Shown here: piece by piece, positions 37,201 through 52,699 of the stretch
Numbering within the stretch: position 1 is the first letter of the stretch
Layout: every line of letters begins with the position of its first letter
Origin: Balanoglossus misakiensis
Taxonomy: Eukaryota > Animalia > Hemichordata
DNA length: 64,000 nt
NCBI GenBank assembly: GCA_040954595.2
Contig: CM082592.2
Location: 1,116,001 to 1,180,000, forward strand
Reading direction: 5' to 3'
The notes under the pieces: generated by a model
The model's database searches: none
What the model was told of the DNA's origin: nothing
What the model saw: the letters and a program-made list of their open reading frames with translations, nothing else
Program-made: the position numbers and the translations under genes

Positions 37201-40200
37201 TTCGACCAATCACAATGATCTTCGCAAACTTGATAGACATCAGTTAGGTGACCACATACCCCAAACCCTATGTCGTGGTTATCACTGGTTCTGGAGAAGA
37301 AGATTTTTGAAATTTAAGCCAGATTTCAGAAAAAAAATTGTAGCAAAAAACTGCAACTTTGTCAGCATAATTTCCAATTACAAAAATGATGGGCAGAAGG
37401 TAGTCTACCAGCATGCCAAATTTGAAGTCGATCTGACTTGTAGTTTCTGAGATCTGAGATTTGCATTTTTTCAGAAAATCCAAGATGGCCGCCAGGTCAC
37501 GTGACTAATTAAAAATTCAAGGGTTCAATGCACGACTACTCATTGACCTTGACCACTGTAGCAAGTTTCAGAAGTGTACCTGCATCGGTGTCTGAGATCT
37601 CGTGGGTCAAAGAATTGACACAAGAATAAAGAAAGAAAGAAAGAAAGAAAGATTAAAGCTGCAAGCAGCATTGTCCGGGCCCAAGCTCTATTATCTGATC
37701 TGATTATTAGATATGCACATAATTAATGAATAGAAACATAATGCTGTGTTTTATCCCAAGAAATATCAAGGTTATATCTATGTTTGGTGCTGATATAGTG
37801 TTAAGTAGGTCAAAGGTCACCCAGGGGTCACCCACAATTTGAGGAGAATATTTTGACCCATAGTGGTCCATGTCCAATAAAAACCAGACCTCTAGCCCTT
37901 TTGGTTAGCCCGGAATTAGGTATGTACATAAATAATGAGTTAAGCAGGTGTCACAGGTGACCCAAAACATTGGCTTTTCATTATGGCCCCATATCTCCAA
38001 ATGCCAAGGCTGTACCTGCTTTGGATGCCGAGATATGCAAAAGTAGGTCAAAGGTCATCTGAGGTCACCCAAAATTTGGGCAGAAAATGTTTACCCATAG
38101 TGGTCCATGTCCAATAAAAAACAGACCTCTAGCTCTATTGGTTCACCTGTAATTAGTTATGCACATAATTAATGAGGTCAGCAGAGGTCACAGGTGACCC
38201 AAAACTTTGGCTTTTCATTATGGCCCCATATCTGCAAATGCCAAGGCTGTACCTGCTTTGGATGCCGAGATATGCAAAAGTAGGTCAAAGGTCACCGGAG
38301 GTCACCCAACATTTGGGCAAAATATTTTGACCCCATACTGATCCATGTCCAAAAAACCCCAAACCTTTAGGTCTATTGGTTAATCTGTAATTAGGTATGC
38401 GCATATTTAATGAGGTCACCAGAGGTCAAAGGGGTCATGAAAAGTAGCAAAATTTTTTGATCACATACAAATCCACATACATCAAAAACCAAACTTATAG
38501 CCCTATTGGTTAGCCTGGAATTAGATATGCAGAAAAATGATTCGTCAAAAGTAGGTCAAAGGTCATTGCCAAAATTACCAAAATATTTATAGCTTATTCT
38601 TGTCATATGATGATTCACATCCATCAAAAGAATTTCTGTGCTATCAATTTTTAGGCTAGAAAAGGAATTTTTACTTTTTAATCGTTTTTCACAAAATCCA
38701 ATATGGCCGCCATAATCTTCGACCAATCACATTCCCCTTCGCAAACTTGATAGACATCTGTTTAATGATCACACACACCAAATCTTGTGACTCGTTTATC
38801 GCCAGTTCTGGAGAAGAAGATTTTTGAAGTTTTACTATGGTTTTTCGAAAATCCAATATGGCCGCCATAATCTTCGACCAATCACAATGATCTTCGCAAA
38901 CTTGATAGACATCTGTTAGGTGACCACATACCCCAAACGGCGTGACTCGGTTATCACCGGTTCTGGAGAAGAAGATTTTTGAAATTTAAGCCAGATTTCA
39001 GAAAAAAAATTGTAGCAAAAAAACTGCAACATTGTCAGCATAATTTCCAATTACAAAAATGATAGGCAGAAGGTAGTCTACCAGCATGCCAAATTTGAAG
39101 TTGATCTGACTTGTAGTTTCTGAGATCTGAGATTTGCATTTTTTTAGAAAATCCAAGATGGCCGCCAGGTCACGTGACTAATTAAAAATTCACAGGTTCA
39201 ATGCACGACTACTCATTGACCTTGACCACTGTAGCAAGTTTCAGAAGTGTACCTGCAGCGGTGTCTGAGATCTAGAGCGACAAAGAATTGACACAAGAAT
39301 AAAGAAAGAAAGAAGAAAGAAGAAAGAAGGAAAGACAGAAAAACCCCAACGAAACCAATAGGGCCCAAGCGCTGGTATGCGCTTGGGCCCTAATTAAAGC
39401 TGCAAGCAGCATTGTCCGGGCCCAAGCTCTATTATCTGATCTGATATCAGATATGCACATAATTAATGAGTAGAAACATAATGCTGTTTTATCCCATGAA
39501 ATATCAAGGTTATATGTATGTTTGGTGCTGTTAAAGTGTTAAGTAGGTCAAAGGTCACCCAGAGGTCACCCAACATTTGGGCAGAAAATTTTGACCCATA
39601 GTGGTCCATGTCCAACAAAAACCAGACCTCTAGCCCTTTTGGTTAGCCTGGAATTAGGTATGCACATAAATAATGCGTAAAGCAGGTGTCACAGGTGACC
39701 CAAAACTTTGGCTTTTCATTATGGCCCCATACCTCCAAATGCCAAGGCTGTACCTGCATTGGATGCCGAGATATGCAAAAGTACGTCAAAGGTCATCTGA
39801 GGTCATCCACAATTTGGGCAGAAAATTTTGACCCATAGTGGTCCATGTCCAACAAAAAACAGACCTCTAGCCCTTTTGGTTAGCCTAGAATTAGGTATGC
39901 ACATAATTAATGAGTTAAGCAGGTGTCACAGGTGACCCAAAACTTTGGCTTTTCATTATGGCCCCATACCTCCAAACGCCAAGGCTGTATCTGCTGTGGA
40001 TGTCAAGATATGCAAAAGTAGGTCAAAGGTCACCCGAGGTCATCCAAAATTTGTGCAGAAAATTTTGACCCATAGTGGTCCATGTCCAACAAAAAACAGA
40101 CCTCTAGCCCTTTTGGTTAGCCTAGAATTAGGTATGCACATAATTAATGAGTTAAGCAGGTGTCACAGGTGACCCAAAACTTTGGCTTTTCATTACCTCC

Positions 40201-43200
40201 AAACGCCAAGGCTGTATCTGCTGTGGATGTCAAGATATGCAAAAGTAGGTCAAAGGTCACCCGAGGTCACCCAACATTTGGGCAAAATATTTTGACCCCA
40301 TACTGGTCCATGTATAACAAAAACAAAACTTCTAGGTCTATTGGTTCATCTGTAATTAGGTATGTGCATATTTAATGAGGTCACCAGAGGTCAAAGGGGT
40401 CATGAAAAGTAGCAAAATTTTTGGATCACATACAAATCCACATACATCAAAAACCAAACTTATAGCCCTATTGGTTAGCCTGGAATTAGATATGCAGAAA
40501 AGTAGGTCAAAGGTCATTGCCAAAATTACCAAAATATTTATAGCTTATTCTTGACATATGATGATTCATATCCGTAAAAAGAATTTCTGTGCTATCAATT
40601 TTTAGGCTAGAAAGGGAATTTTTACTTTTTAATCGTTTTTCACAAAATCCAATATGGCCGCCATAATCTTCGACCAATCACATTCCTCTTCGCAAATTTG
40701 ATAGACATCTGTTTAATGACCACACACACCAAATCTTGTGACTCATTTATCGCCGGTTCTTGAGAAGAAGATTTTTGAAATTTTACTATGGTTTTTCGAA
40801 AATCCAACATGGCCGCCATAATCTTCAACCAATCACAATGATCTTCGCAAACTTGATAGACATCAGTTAGGTGACCACATACCCCAAACCGCGTGACTCG
40901 GTTATCACTGGTTCTGGAGAAGAAGATTTTTGAAATTTAAGCCAGATTTTAGAAAAAAAATTGTAGCAAAAAATTGCAACTTTGTCAGTATAATTTCCAA
41001 TTACAAAAATGATTGCCAGAAGGTAGTCTACCAGCATGCCAAATTTGAAGTCGATCTGACTTGTAGTTTCTGAGATCTGAGATTTGCATTTTTTCAGAAA
41101 ATCCAAGATGGCCGCCAGGTCATGTGACTAATTAAAAATTCAAGGGTTCGATGCACGACTACTCATTGACCTTGACCACTGTAGCAAGTTTCAGAAGAGT
41201 ACCTGCAGCGGTGTCTGAGATCTCGTGGGTCAAAGAATTGACACAAGAATAAAGAAAGAAAGAAAGAAAAATTCCAACGAAACCAATACGGGCCCAAGCC
41301 TGGCTTGGCTTGGGCCCGTAATTAAAGCTGCAAGCAGCATTGTCGGGCCCAAGCGCTGATCCACTATTATATATGCACAGTATGAATGAGAAGAAACAGA
41401 ATGCTCTATCAGGTGTTTTATCTCATGACATAACAAGGACGTATGTATTTTTCCTGCTGAAATAGAGTAAAGTAGGTCAAAGGTCACCTGAGGTCACCCA
41501 ACATTTGGGCAAAATTTATTGACCCATACTGTTCCATGTCCAACAAAAACTCTAGTTCTATTGGTTCGTCTGTAATTAGGTATGTGCATATTTAATGAGG
41601 TCAGCAGGTGTCACAGGTGACTCAAAAATGTGGCTTTACATTTTGGTCCCATCCTGCCAAATGCCAAGGCTGTATCTGCCCTGGATGCTGAGATATGCGA
41701 AAGTAGGTCAAAGGTCACCAGAGGTCACCCAATATTTCGGCAACAAATTTTGACCCCATATTGGTCCATGTCCAACAAAAACCAAACCTCTAGCTCTATT
41801 GGTTCGCCTGTAATTAGCTATGCACATAATTAATGAGGTCAGGAGAGGTCAAAGGGGTCATGAAAAGTAGCAAAATATTTTGATCACACACTACTCCACA
41901 TTCATCAAAAACCAAACGTCTAGCCTTATAGATTAGCCTGGAATTAGATATGCAGAAATAATAACGCGTGATAAGTAGGTCAAAGGTCATGTGAAAAATC
42001 GCCAAAAAATTGTAACATATTTTAGTCACATGACGATTGATATCCATAAAAAGAATTTGTATGCTATCAATTTTAAGACTAGAAAAAGGAATTTCAATTT
42101 GTCACAGCTTTTTACAAAATCCAATATGGCCGCCATAATCTTCGACCAATCACAATGCTCTTTGCAAACTTGATAGACATCAGTGTAGTGACCATACTCC
42201 CCGAATCTTGTGACTCAGTCATCGCCTGTTCTGGAGAAGAAGATTTTTGAAATTTAAGCCAGATTTCAGAAAAAAAATTGTAGCAAAAAAACTGCAACAT
42301 TGACAGCAAAATTTCCAATTACAAAAATGATGGGGAGAAGGACAACTACCTGCACACCAAATTTGAAGACGATCTGACTTGTAGTTTCTGAGATCTGAGA
42401 TTTGAATTTTTTCAGAAAATCCAAGATGGCCGCCAGGTCACGTGACTAATTAAAAATTCAAGGGTTCAATGCACGACTACTCATTGACCTTGACCACTGT
42501 AGCAAGTTTCAGAAGTGTACCTGCAGCGGTGTCTGAGATCTAGAGCGATAAAAAATGGACAGGAGAATAAAGAAAGAAAGAAAGAAAAACCCCAACGAAA
42601 CCAATAGGGCCCAAGCGCTGGTATGCGCTTGGGCCCTAAAAAATTCCAACGAAACCAATACGGGCCCAAGCCTGGCTTGGCTTGGGCCCGTAATTAAAGC
42701 TGCAAGCAGCATTGTCCGGGCCCAAGCTCTATTATCTGATCTGATTATAAGACATGCACATAATTAATGAGTAGAAACATAATGCCGTGTTTTATCCTAT
42801 GAAATATCAAGATTATATCTATGTTTAGTGCTGATATAGTGTTAAGTATGTCAAAGGTCACCCACAATTTGGGCAGAAAATTTTGACCCATAGTGGTCCA
42901 TGTCCAACAAAAACCAGACCTCTAGCCCTTTTGGTTAGCCCGGAATTAGGTATGCACATAAATAATGAGTTAAGCAGGTGTCACAGGTGACCCAAAACTT
43001 TGGCTTTTCATTATGGCCCTATACCTCCAAACGCCAAGGCTGTATCTGCTGTGGATGTCAAGATATGCCAAAGTAGGTCAAAGGTCACCCGAGGTCACCC
43101 AACATTTGGGCAAAAAATTTTGACCCAATACTGGTCCATGTATAACAAAAACAAAACCTCTAGGTCTATTGGTTCATCATTAATTAGGTATGCGCATATT

Positions 43201-46200
43201 TAATGAGGTCAGCAGGGGTCAAAGGGGTCATGAAAAGTAGCAAAATTTTTTGATCACATACAAATCCACATACATCAAAAACCAAACTTATAGCCCTATT
43301 GGTTAGCCTGGAATTAGATATGCAGAAAAATGATTCGTCAAAAGTAGGTCAAAGGTCATTGCCAAAATTACCAAAATGTTTATAGCTTATTCTTGTCATA
43401 TGATGATTCATATCCATAAAAAGAATTACTGTGCTATCAATTTTTAGGCTAGAAAAGGAATTTTTACTTTTTAATCGTTTTTCACAAAATCCAATATGGC
43501 CGCCATAATCTTCGACCAATCTAATTCCCCTTCGCAAACTTGATAGACATCTGTTTAATGACCACACACACCAAATCTTGTGACTCGGTTATCGCCCGTT
43601 CTGGAGAAGAAGATTTTTGAAGTTTTACTATGGTTTTTCGAAAATCCAATATTGCCGCCATAATCTTCGACCAATCACAATGATCTTCGCAAACTTGATA
43701 GACATCTGTTAGGTGACCACATACCCCAAACGGCGTGACTCGGTTATCGCCGGTTCTGGAGAAGAAGATTTTTGAAATTTAAGCCAGATTTCAGAAAAAA
43801 AATTGTAGCAAAAAAACTGCAACATTGTCAGCATAATTTCCAATTACAAAAATGATGGGCAGAAGGTAGTCTACCAGCATGCCAAATTTGAAGTTGATCT
43901 GACTTGTAGTTTCTGATATCTGAGATTTGCATTTTTTTACAAAATCCAAGATGGCCGCCAGGTCACGTGACTAATTAAAAATTCACAGGTTCAATGCACG
44001 ACTACTCATTGACCTTGACCACTGTAGCAAGTTTCAGAAGTGTACACGCAGCGGTGTCTGAGATCTCGTTGGTCAAAGAATTGACACAAGAATAAAGGAA
44101 GAAAGAAAGTATTAAAGCTGCAAGCAGCATTGTCCGGGCCCAAGCTCTATTATCTGATCTGATTATTAGATATGCACATAATTAATGAGTAGAAACATAA
44201 TGCTGTGTTTTACCCAATAAAATATCAAGGTTATATCTATGCTTGGTGTTGATATAGTGTTAAGTAGGTCAAAGGTCACCCAGAGGTCACCCACAATTTG
44301 GGCAGAAAATTGTGACCCATAGTGGTCCATGTCCAACAAAAACCAGATCTCTAGCCCTTTTGGTTAGCCCAGAATTAGGAATACACATAAATAATGAGTT
44401 AAGCAGGTGTCACAGGTGACCCAAAACTTTGGCTTTTCATTATGGCCCCATACCTCCAAATGCCAAGGCTGTCTCTGCTGTGGATGTCAAGATATGCAAA
44501 AGTAGGTCAAAGGTCACCTGAGGTCACCCAACATTTATACAAAATATTTTGACCCCATACTGGTCCATGTATAACAAAAACAAAACCTCTAGGTCTATTG
44601 GTTCATCATTAATTAGGTATGTGCATATTTAATGAGGTCAGCAGAGGTCAAAGGGGTCATGAAAAGTAGCAAAATTTTTGATCGCATACAAATCCACATA
44701 CATCAAAAACCAAACTTATAGCCCTATTGGTTAGCCTGGAATTAGATATGCAGAAAAATGGTGCGTCAAATGTAGGTCAAAGGTCATTGCCAAAATTACC
44801 AAAATATTTATAGCTTATTCTTGGCATATGATGATTCATATCCATAAAAAGAATTTCTGTGCTATCAATTTTTAGGCTAGAAAGGGAATTTTTACTTTTT
44901 TATCGTTTTTCACAAAATCCAATATGGCCGCCATAATCTTCGACCAATCACATTCACCTTCGCAAACTTGATAGACATCTGTTTAATGACCACACACACC
45001 CTATCTTGTGACTCAGTTATCTCCGGTTCTTGAGAAGAAGATTTTTGAAATTTTACTAGGGTTTTTCGAAAATCCAATATTGCCGCCATAATCTTCGACC
45101 AATCACATTCACCTTCGCAAACTTGATAGACCTCAGTTTGGTGACCACATACCCCAAAGGGCGTGACTCGGTTATCGCCGGTTCTGGAGAAGAAGATTTT
45201 TGAAATTTTGACCAGATTCAGAAAAACAACTGTAGCAAAAAAACTGCAACATTGACAGCAAAATATCCAATTACAAAAATGATGGGCAGAAGGTACACTA
45301 CCAGCACACCAAATCTGAAATAAATCTGACTTGTAGTTTCTGAGATCTGAGATTTGCATTTTTTCAGAAAATCCAATATGGCCGCCATGTCACGTGGCTA
45401 ATTAAAAATTCAAGAGTTCAATGCACAACTACCCATTGACCTTGACCACTGTAGCAAGTTTGAGAAGTGTACCTGCAGCGGTGTCTGAGATCTAGAGCGA
45501 CAAAGAAATGACAGAAGAATAAAGAAAGAAGAAAGACAGAATTAAAGCTGCAAGCAGCATTGTCGGGCCCAAGCGCTGATCTTGAATTACATATGCACAG
45601 TATGAATGAGAAGAAACAGAATGCTCTATCATGTTTTTTATCTCATGACATAACAAGGACGTATGTATTTTTGCTGCAGAAATAGAGTAAAGTAGGTAAA
45701 AGGGCACCTGAGGTCATCTAAATTTTGGGAAATTTTTTTGACCCATATTTGTCCATGTCCAACAAAAACCAAAACTCTAGCTCTATTGGTTCGTCTGCAA
45801 TTAGGTATGTGCATATTTAATGAGGTCAGCAGGTGTCACAGGTGACCCAAAAATGTGGCTTTACATTTTGGTCCCATCCTGCCAAATGCCAAGGCTGTAT
45901 CTGCTCTGGATGCTAAGATATGCGAAAGTAGGTCAAAGGTCACCAGAGGTCATGCAACATTTGAGCAAAAAAATTTGACCCCATTCTGGTCCATTTCCAA
46001 CAAAAACCAAACCACTAGCTTTATTGGTTCGCCTGTAATTAGCGATGCACATAATTAATGAGGTCAACAGAGGTCAAAGGGGTCATGAAAAGTAGCAAAA
46101 TATTTTGATCACACACTAATCCACATGCATCAAAAACCAAACGTCTAGCCCTATAGGTTAGCCAGGAAATAGATATGCAGAAATAATAACGTGTGAAAAG

Positions 46201-47504
46201 TAGGTCAAAGGTCATGTGAAAAATCGCCAAAAATTTGTAACATATTTTAGTCATATGACGATTGATATCCATGAAAAAAATTTGTATGCTATCAATTTTT
46301 AGACTAGGAAAAGGAATTTCAAGTTTTCACTGCTTTTTACAAAATCCAATATGGCCGCCATAATCTTCACAATGCTCTTTGCAAACTGGATAGACATCAG
46401 TGTAGTGACCATACTCCCCGAATCTTGCGACTCAGTTATTGCCCGTTCTGGAGAAGAAGATTTTTGCAGTTTTACTATGGTTTTTCGAAAATCCAATATG
46501 GCCGCCATAATCTTCGACCAATCACAATGCTTCTTATCAAACTTGATAGACATCAGTTAGGTGACCACATACCCCAAATCCCGCGACTCGGTTATCGCCG
46601 GTTCTTGAGAAGAAGATTTTTGAAGTTTTAGTTGGATTTTTCGAAAATCCAATATGGCGGCCAAAGTCACGTGACCGCTCGAGATTTTATTATCAAACTT
46701 TGTTGGGCAGAGGCCATGTGTACTATGTACCAAATTTGAACTTGATTTGCCTTGTAGTTTTTGAGAAGAAGTCATTTACATTTTTTCAGAAAATCCAATA
46801 TGGCCGCCAGGTCACGTGACTAATTAAATATTCACGAGCCACTGCACATCTACTCATTGACCTTGACCACTGTAGTAAGTTTGAGCGGTGTACCTGCAGT
46901 AGTTTCAGAGATTTAGTTGGCCGAAGAATTGACAGGAGAATAAAGAAAGAAAAATTCCAACGAAACCAATAGGGCCCAAGCGCTTGCGCGCGCTTGGGCC
47001 CTAATTAAAGCTGCAAGCAGCATTGTCGGGCCCAAGCGCTGATCTCGAATTATATATGCACAGTATGAATGAGAAGAAATAGAATTTTCTATCGGGTGTA
47101 TTATCTCATGACATAACAAGGACGTATGTATTTTTGCTGCTGAAATAGGGTGAAGTAGGTCAAAGGTCACCTGAGGTCACCCAACATTTGGGCAATTTTT
47201 TTTTTTACCCATACTGGTCCATGTCCAACAAAAACCAAAACTCTAGCTCTATTGGTTCGCCTGTAATTAGGTATGTGCATATTTAATGAGGTCAGCAGGT
47301 ATAACAGGTGACCAAAAAATGTGGCTTTACATTTTGGTCCCATCCTGCCAAATGCCATGGCTGTATCTGCTCTGGATGCTGAGATATGCGAAAGTAGGTC
47401 AAAGGTCACCAGAGGTCACCCAAAATTTGGGCAAAAATTTTGATCCCATACTGGTCCATGTCCAACAAAAATCAAACCTCTAGCTCTATTGGTTCGCCAG
47501 AAAT

Positions 47505-50362
47505 TAGCTATGCACATAATTAATGAGGTCAGCAGAGGTCAAAGGGGTCATGAAAAGTAGCAAAATATTTTGATCACACACTAATCCACATTCATCAAAA
47601 ACCAAACCTCTAGCCCTATAGGTTAGCCTGGAATTAGATATGCAGAAATAATAACGCATGATAAGTAGGTCAAAGGTCATGTGAAAAATCACCAAAAAAT
47701 TGTAGCATATTTTAGTCACATGACGACTGATATCCATAAAAAGAATTTGTATGCTATCAATTTTTAGACTAGAAAAAGGAATTTTAATTTTTCACTGCTT
47801 TTTACAAAATCCAATATGGCCGCCATAATCTTCGACCAATCACAATGCTCTTTGCAAACTTGATAGACATCAGTGTAGTGACCATACTCCCCGAATCTTG
47901 CGACTCAGTCATCGGTCGTTCTGGAGAAGAAGATTTTTGCAGTTTTACTATGGTTTTTCGAAAATCCAATATGGCCGCCATAATCTTCGACCAATCACAA
48001 TGATCTTCGCAAACTTGATAGACATCAGTTAGGTGACCACATACCCCAAACCCCGTGTCTCGGTTATCACCGGTTCTGGAGAAGAAGATTTTTGAAATTT
48101 AAGCCAGATTTGAGAAAAACAACTGTAGCAAAAAAACTGCAACATTGACAGCAAAATTTCCAATTACACAAATGATGGGTAGAAGGTAGTCTACCTGCAT
48201 GCCAAATTTGAAGTCGATCTGACTTGTAGTTTCTGAGATCTGAGATTTGATTTTTTTCAGAAAATCCAATATGGCCGCCAGGTCACGTGACTAATTAAGT
48301 ATTCACAAGTCACTGCACATCTACTCATTGACCTTGACCACTGTAGCAAGTTTGAGAAGTGTACCTGCAGCGGTGTCTGAGATCTCGTTGCCCAAAGAAT
48401 TGACACAAGAATAAAGAAAGACGGAAAGAAAGAATTAAAGCTGCGAGCAGCATTGTCGGGCCCAAGCGCTGATCTTGAATTATATATGCACAGTATGAAT
48501 GAGAAGAAACAGAATTTTCTATCGGATGTATTATCTCATGACATAACAAGGACGTGTGTATTTTTGCTGCTTAAATAGGGTGAAGTAGGTCAAAGGTCAC
48601 CTGAGGTCACCCAACATTTGGGCAATTTTTTTTTGACCCATACTGGTCCATGTCCTACAAAAACCAAAACTCTAGCTCTATTTGTTCGCCTGTAATTAGG
48701 TATGTGCATATTTAATGAGGTCAGCAGGTGTCACAGGTGACCCAAAAATGTGGCTTTACATTTTGGTCCCATCCTACCAAATGCCATGGCTGTATCTGCT
48801 CTGGATGCTGAGATATGCGAAAGTAGGTCAAAGGTCACCAGAGGTCACGCAACATTTGGGCAAAAATTTTGATCCCATACTGGTCTGTGTCCAACAAAAA
48901 CCAAACCTCTACCTCTATTGGTTCGCCTGTAATTAGCTATGCACATAATTAATGAGGTCAGCAGAGGTCAAAGGGGTCATGAAAAGTAGCAAAATATTTT
49001 GATCACACACTAATCCACATTCATCAAAAACCAAACCTCTAGCCCTATAGGTTAGCCTGGAATTAGATATGCAGAAATAATAACGCATGATAAGTAGGTC
49101 AAAGGTCATGTGAAAAATCACCAAAAAATTGTAGCATATTTTAGTCACATGACGACTGATATCCATAAAAAGAATTTGTATGCTATCAATTTTTAGACTA
49201 GAAAAAGGAATTTTAATTTTTCACTGCTTTTTACAAAATCCAATATGGCCGCCATAATCTTCGACCAATCACAATGCTCTTTGCAAACTTGATAGACATC
49301 AGTGTAGTGACCATACTCCCCGAATCTTGCGACTCAGTCATCGGTCGTTCTGGAGAAGAAGATTTTTGCAGTTTTACTATGGTTTTTCGAAAATCCAATA
49401 TGGCCGCCATAATCTTCGACCAATCACAATGACCTTCGCAAACTTGATAGACATCAGTTAGGTGACCACATACCCCAAACCCCGTGTCTCGGTTATCACC
49501 GGTTCTGGAGAAGAAGATTTTTGAAATTTAAGCCAGATTTGAGAAAAACAACTGTAGCAAAAAAACTGCAACATTGACAGCAAAATTTCCAATTACACAA
49601 ATGATGGGTAGAAGGTAGTCTACCTGCATGCCAAATTTGAAGTCGATCTGACTTGTAGTTTCTGAGATCTGAGATTTGATTTTTTTCAGAAAATCCAATA
49701 TGGCCGCCAGGTCACGTGACTAATTAAGTATTCACAAGTCACTGCACATCTACTCATTGACCTTGACCACTGTAGCAAGTTTGAGAAGTGTACCTGCAGC
49801 GGTGTCTGAGATCTCGTTGCCCAAAGAATTGACACAAGAATAAAGAAAGACGGAAAGAAAGAATTAAAGCTGCGAGCAGCATTGTCGGGCCCAAGCGCTG
49901 ATCTTGAATTATATATGCACAGTATGAATGAGAAGAAACAGAATTTTCTATCGGATGTATTATCTCATGACATAACAAGGACGTGTGTATTTTTGCTGCT
50001 TAAATAGGGTGAAGTAGGTCAAAGGTCACCTGAGGTCACCCAACATTTGGGCAATTTTTTTTTTACCCATACTGGTCCATGTCCTACAAAAACCAAAACT
50101 CTAGCTCTATTGGTTCGCCTGTAATTAGGTATGTGCATATTTAATGAGGTCAGCAGGTGTCACAGGTGACCCAAAAATGTGGCTTTACATTTTGGTCCCA
50201 TCCTACCAAATGCCATGGCTGTATCTGCTCTGGATGCTGAGATATGCGAAAGTAGGTCAAAGGTCACCAGAGGTCACGCAACATTTGGGCAAAAAATTTT
50301 GATCCCATACTGGTCTGTGTCCAACAAAAACCAAACCTCTACCTCCATTGGTTCGCCTGTAA
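47505..50362. repeat. Recent near-identical tandem duplication, period 1429 bp
   Basis: ORF-track translations are identical at 47504/48933 and 48325/49754. Both copies share the private junction AAAGACGGAAAGAAAGAATTAAAGCTGCGAGCAGC. Confidence 0.85.
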
Positions 50363-52699
50363 TTAGCTATGCACATAATTAATGAGGTCAGCAGAGGTCA
50401 AAGGGGTCATGAAAAGTAGCAAAATATTTTGATCACACACTAATCCACATGCATCAAAAACCAAAAGTCTAGCCTAACAGGTTAGCCTGGAATTAGATAT
50501 GCTGAAATAATAACGTGTGATATGTAGGTCAAAGGTCATGTGAAAAATCGCCAAAAAATTGTAACATATTTTAGTCACATGACGATTGATATCCATAAAA
50601 AGAATTTGCATGCTATCAATTTTTAGACTAGAAAAAGGAATTTCAATTTTTCACTGCTTTTTACAAAATCCAATATGGCCGCCATAATCTTCGACCAATC
50701 ACAATGCTCTTTGCAAACTTGATAGACATCAGTGTAGTGACCATACTCCCCGAATCTTGCGACTCAGTCATCGCCCGTTCTGGAGAAGAAGATTTTTGGA
50801 GTTTAACTATGGTTTTTCGAAAATCCAATATGGCCGCCATAATCTTCGACCAATCACAATGATCTTCGCAAACTTGATAGACATCAGTTAGGTGACCACA
50901 TACCCCAAACCCCGTGTCTCGGTTATCACCGGTTCTGGAGAAGAAGATTTTTGAAATTTAAGCCAGATTTCAGAAAAAAAATTGTAGCAAAAAAACTGCA
51001 ACATTTACAGCAAAATATCCAATTACAAAAATGATGGGTAGAAGGTAGTCTACCTGCATGCCAAATTTGAAGTCAATCTGACTTGTAGTTTCTGAGATCT
51101 GAGATTTGCATTTTTTCAGAAAATCCAATATGGCCGCCAGGTCACGTGACTAATTAAGTATTCACAAGTCACTGCACATCTACTCATAGACCTTGACCAC
51201 TGTAGCAAGTTTGAGCAGTGTACCTGCAGTAGTTTCAGAGATTTAGTTGGCCGAAGAATTGACACAAGAATAAATTAAAGCTGCAAGCAGCATTGTCCGG
51301 GCCCAAGCTCTATTATCTGATCTGATTATTAGATATGCACATAATTAATGAGTAGAAACATAATGCTGTGTTTTATCCCATGAAATATCAAGATTATATC
51401 TATGTTTAGTGCTGATATAGTGTTAAGTAGGTCAGAGGTCACCCACAGTTTGTGCAGAAAATTTTGACCCATAGTGGTCCATGTCCAACAAAAACCAGAC
51501 CTCTAACCCTTTTGGTTAGCCCGGAATTAGGTATGCACATAAATAATGAGTTAAGCAGGTGTCACAGGTGACCCAAAACTTTGGCTTTTCATAATGGCCC
51601 CATACCTCCAAACGCCAAGGCTGTATCTGCTGTGGATGCTGAGATTTGCGAAATTAGGTCAAAGGTCACCAGAGGTCACCCAAAATTTGGGTAAAAAATT
51701 TTGACCCTATACTTGTCCTGTCCAACAAAAACAAAACCTCTAGGTCTATTGGTTCACCTGTAATTAGGTATGCGCATATTTAATGAGGTCAGCAGAGGTC
51801 AAAGGGGTCATGAAAAGTACCAAAATTTTTTGATCACATACAAATCCACAAACATCAAAAACCAAACTTATAGCCCTATTGGTTAGCCTGGAATTAGATA
51901 TGCAGAAAATTGATGCGTCAAAAGTAGGTCAAAGGTCATTGCCAAAATTACCAAAATATTTATAGCTTATTCTTGTTATATGATGATTCATATCAATAAA
52001 AAGAATTTCTGTGCTATCAATTTTTAGGCTAGAAAGGGAATTTTTACTTTTTAATCGTTTTTAAGAAAATCCAATATGGCCGCCATAATCTTCGACCAAT
52101 CACATTCCTCTTCGCAAACTTGATAGACATCTGTTGAATGACCACACACACAAAATCTTGTGACTCGGTTATCGCCGGTTCTTGAGAAGAAGATTTTTGA
52201 AATTTTACTAGGGTTTTTCGAAAATCCAATATGGCCGCCATAATCTTCGACCAATGACAATGATCTTCGCAAACTTGATAGACATCAGTTAGGTGACCAC
52301 ATACCCCAAATCCCATGTCTCGGTTATCACCGGTTCTGGAGAAGAAGATTTTTGAAATTCAAGCCAGATTTCAGAAAAAAAATTGTAGCAAAAAAACTGC
52401 AACATTGACAGCATAATTTCCAATTACAAAAATGTTTGACAGAAGGTAGTCTACCTGCACGCCAAATTTGAAGTCGATCTGACTTGTAGTTTCTGAGATC
52501 TGAGATTTGCATTTTTTCAGAAAATCCAAGATGGCCGCCAGATCATGTGACTAATTAAAAATTCATGGGTTCAATGCACGACTACTCATTGACCTTGACC
52601 ACTGTAGCAAGTTTGAGAACTGTACCTGCAGTGGTGTCTGAGATCTAGAGCGACAAAGAAATGACAGAAGAATAAAGAAAGAAAGAAAGAAAGAAAGAA

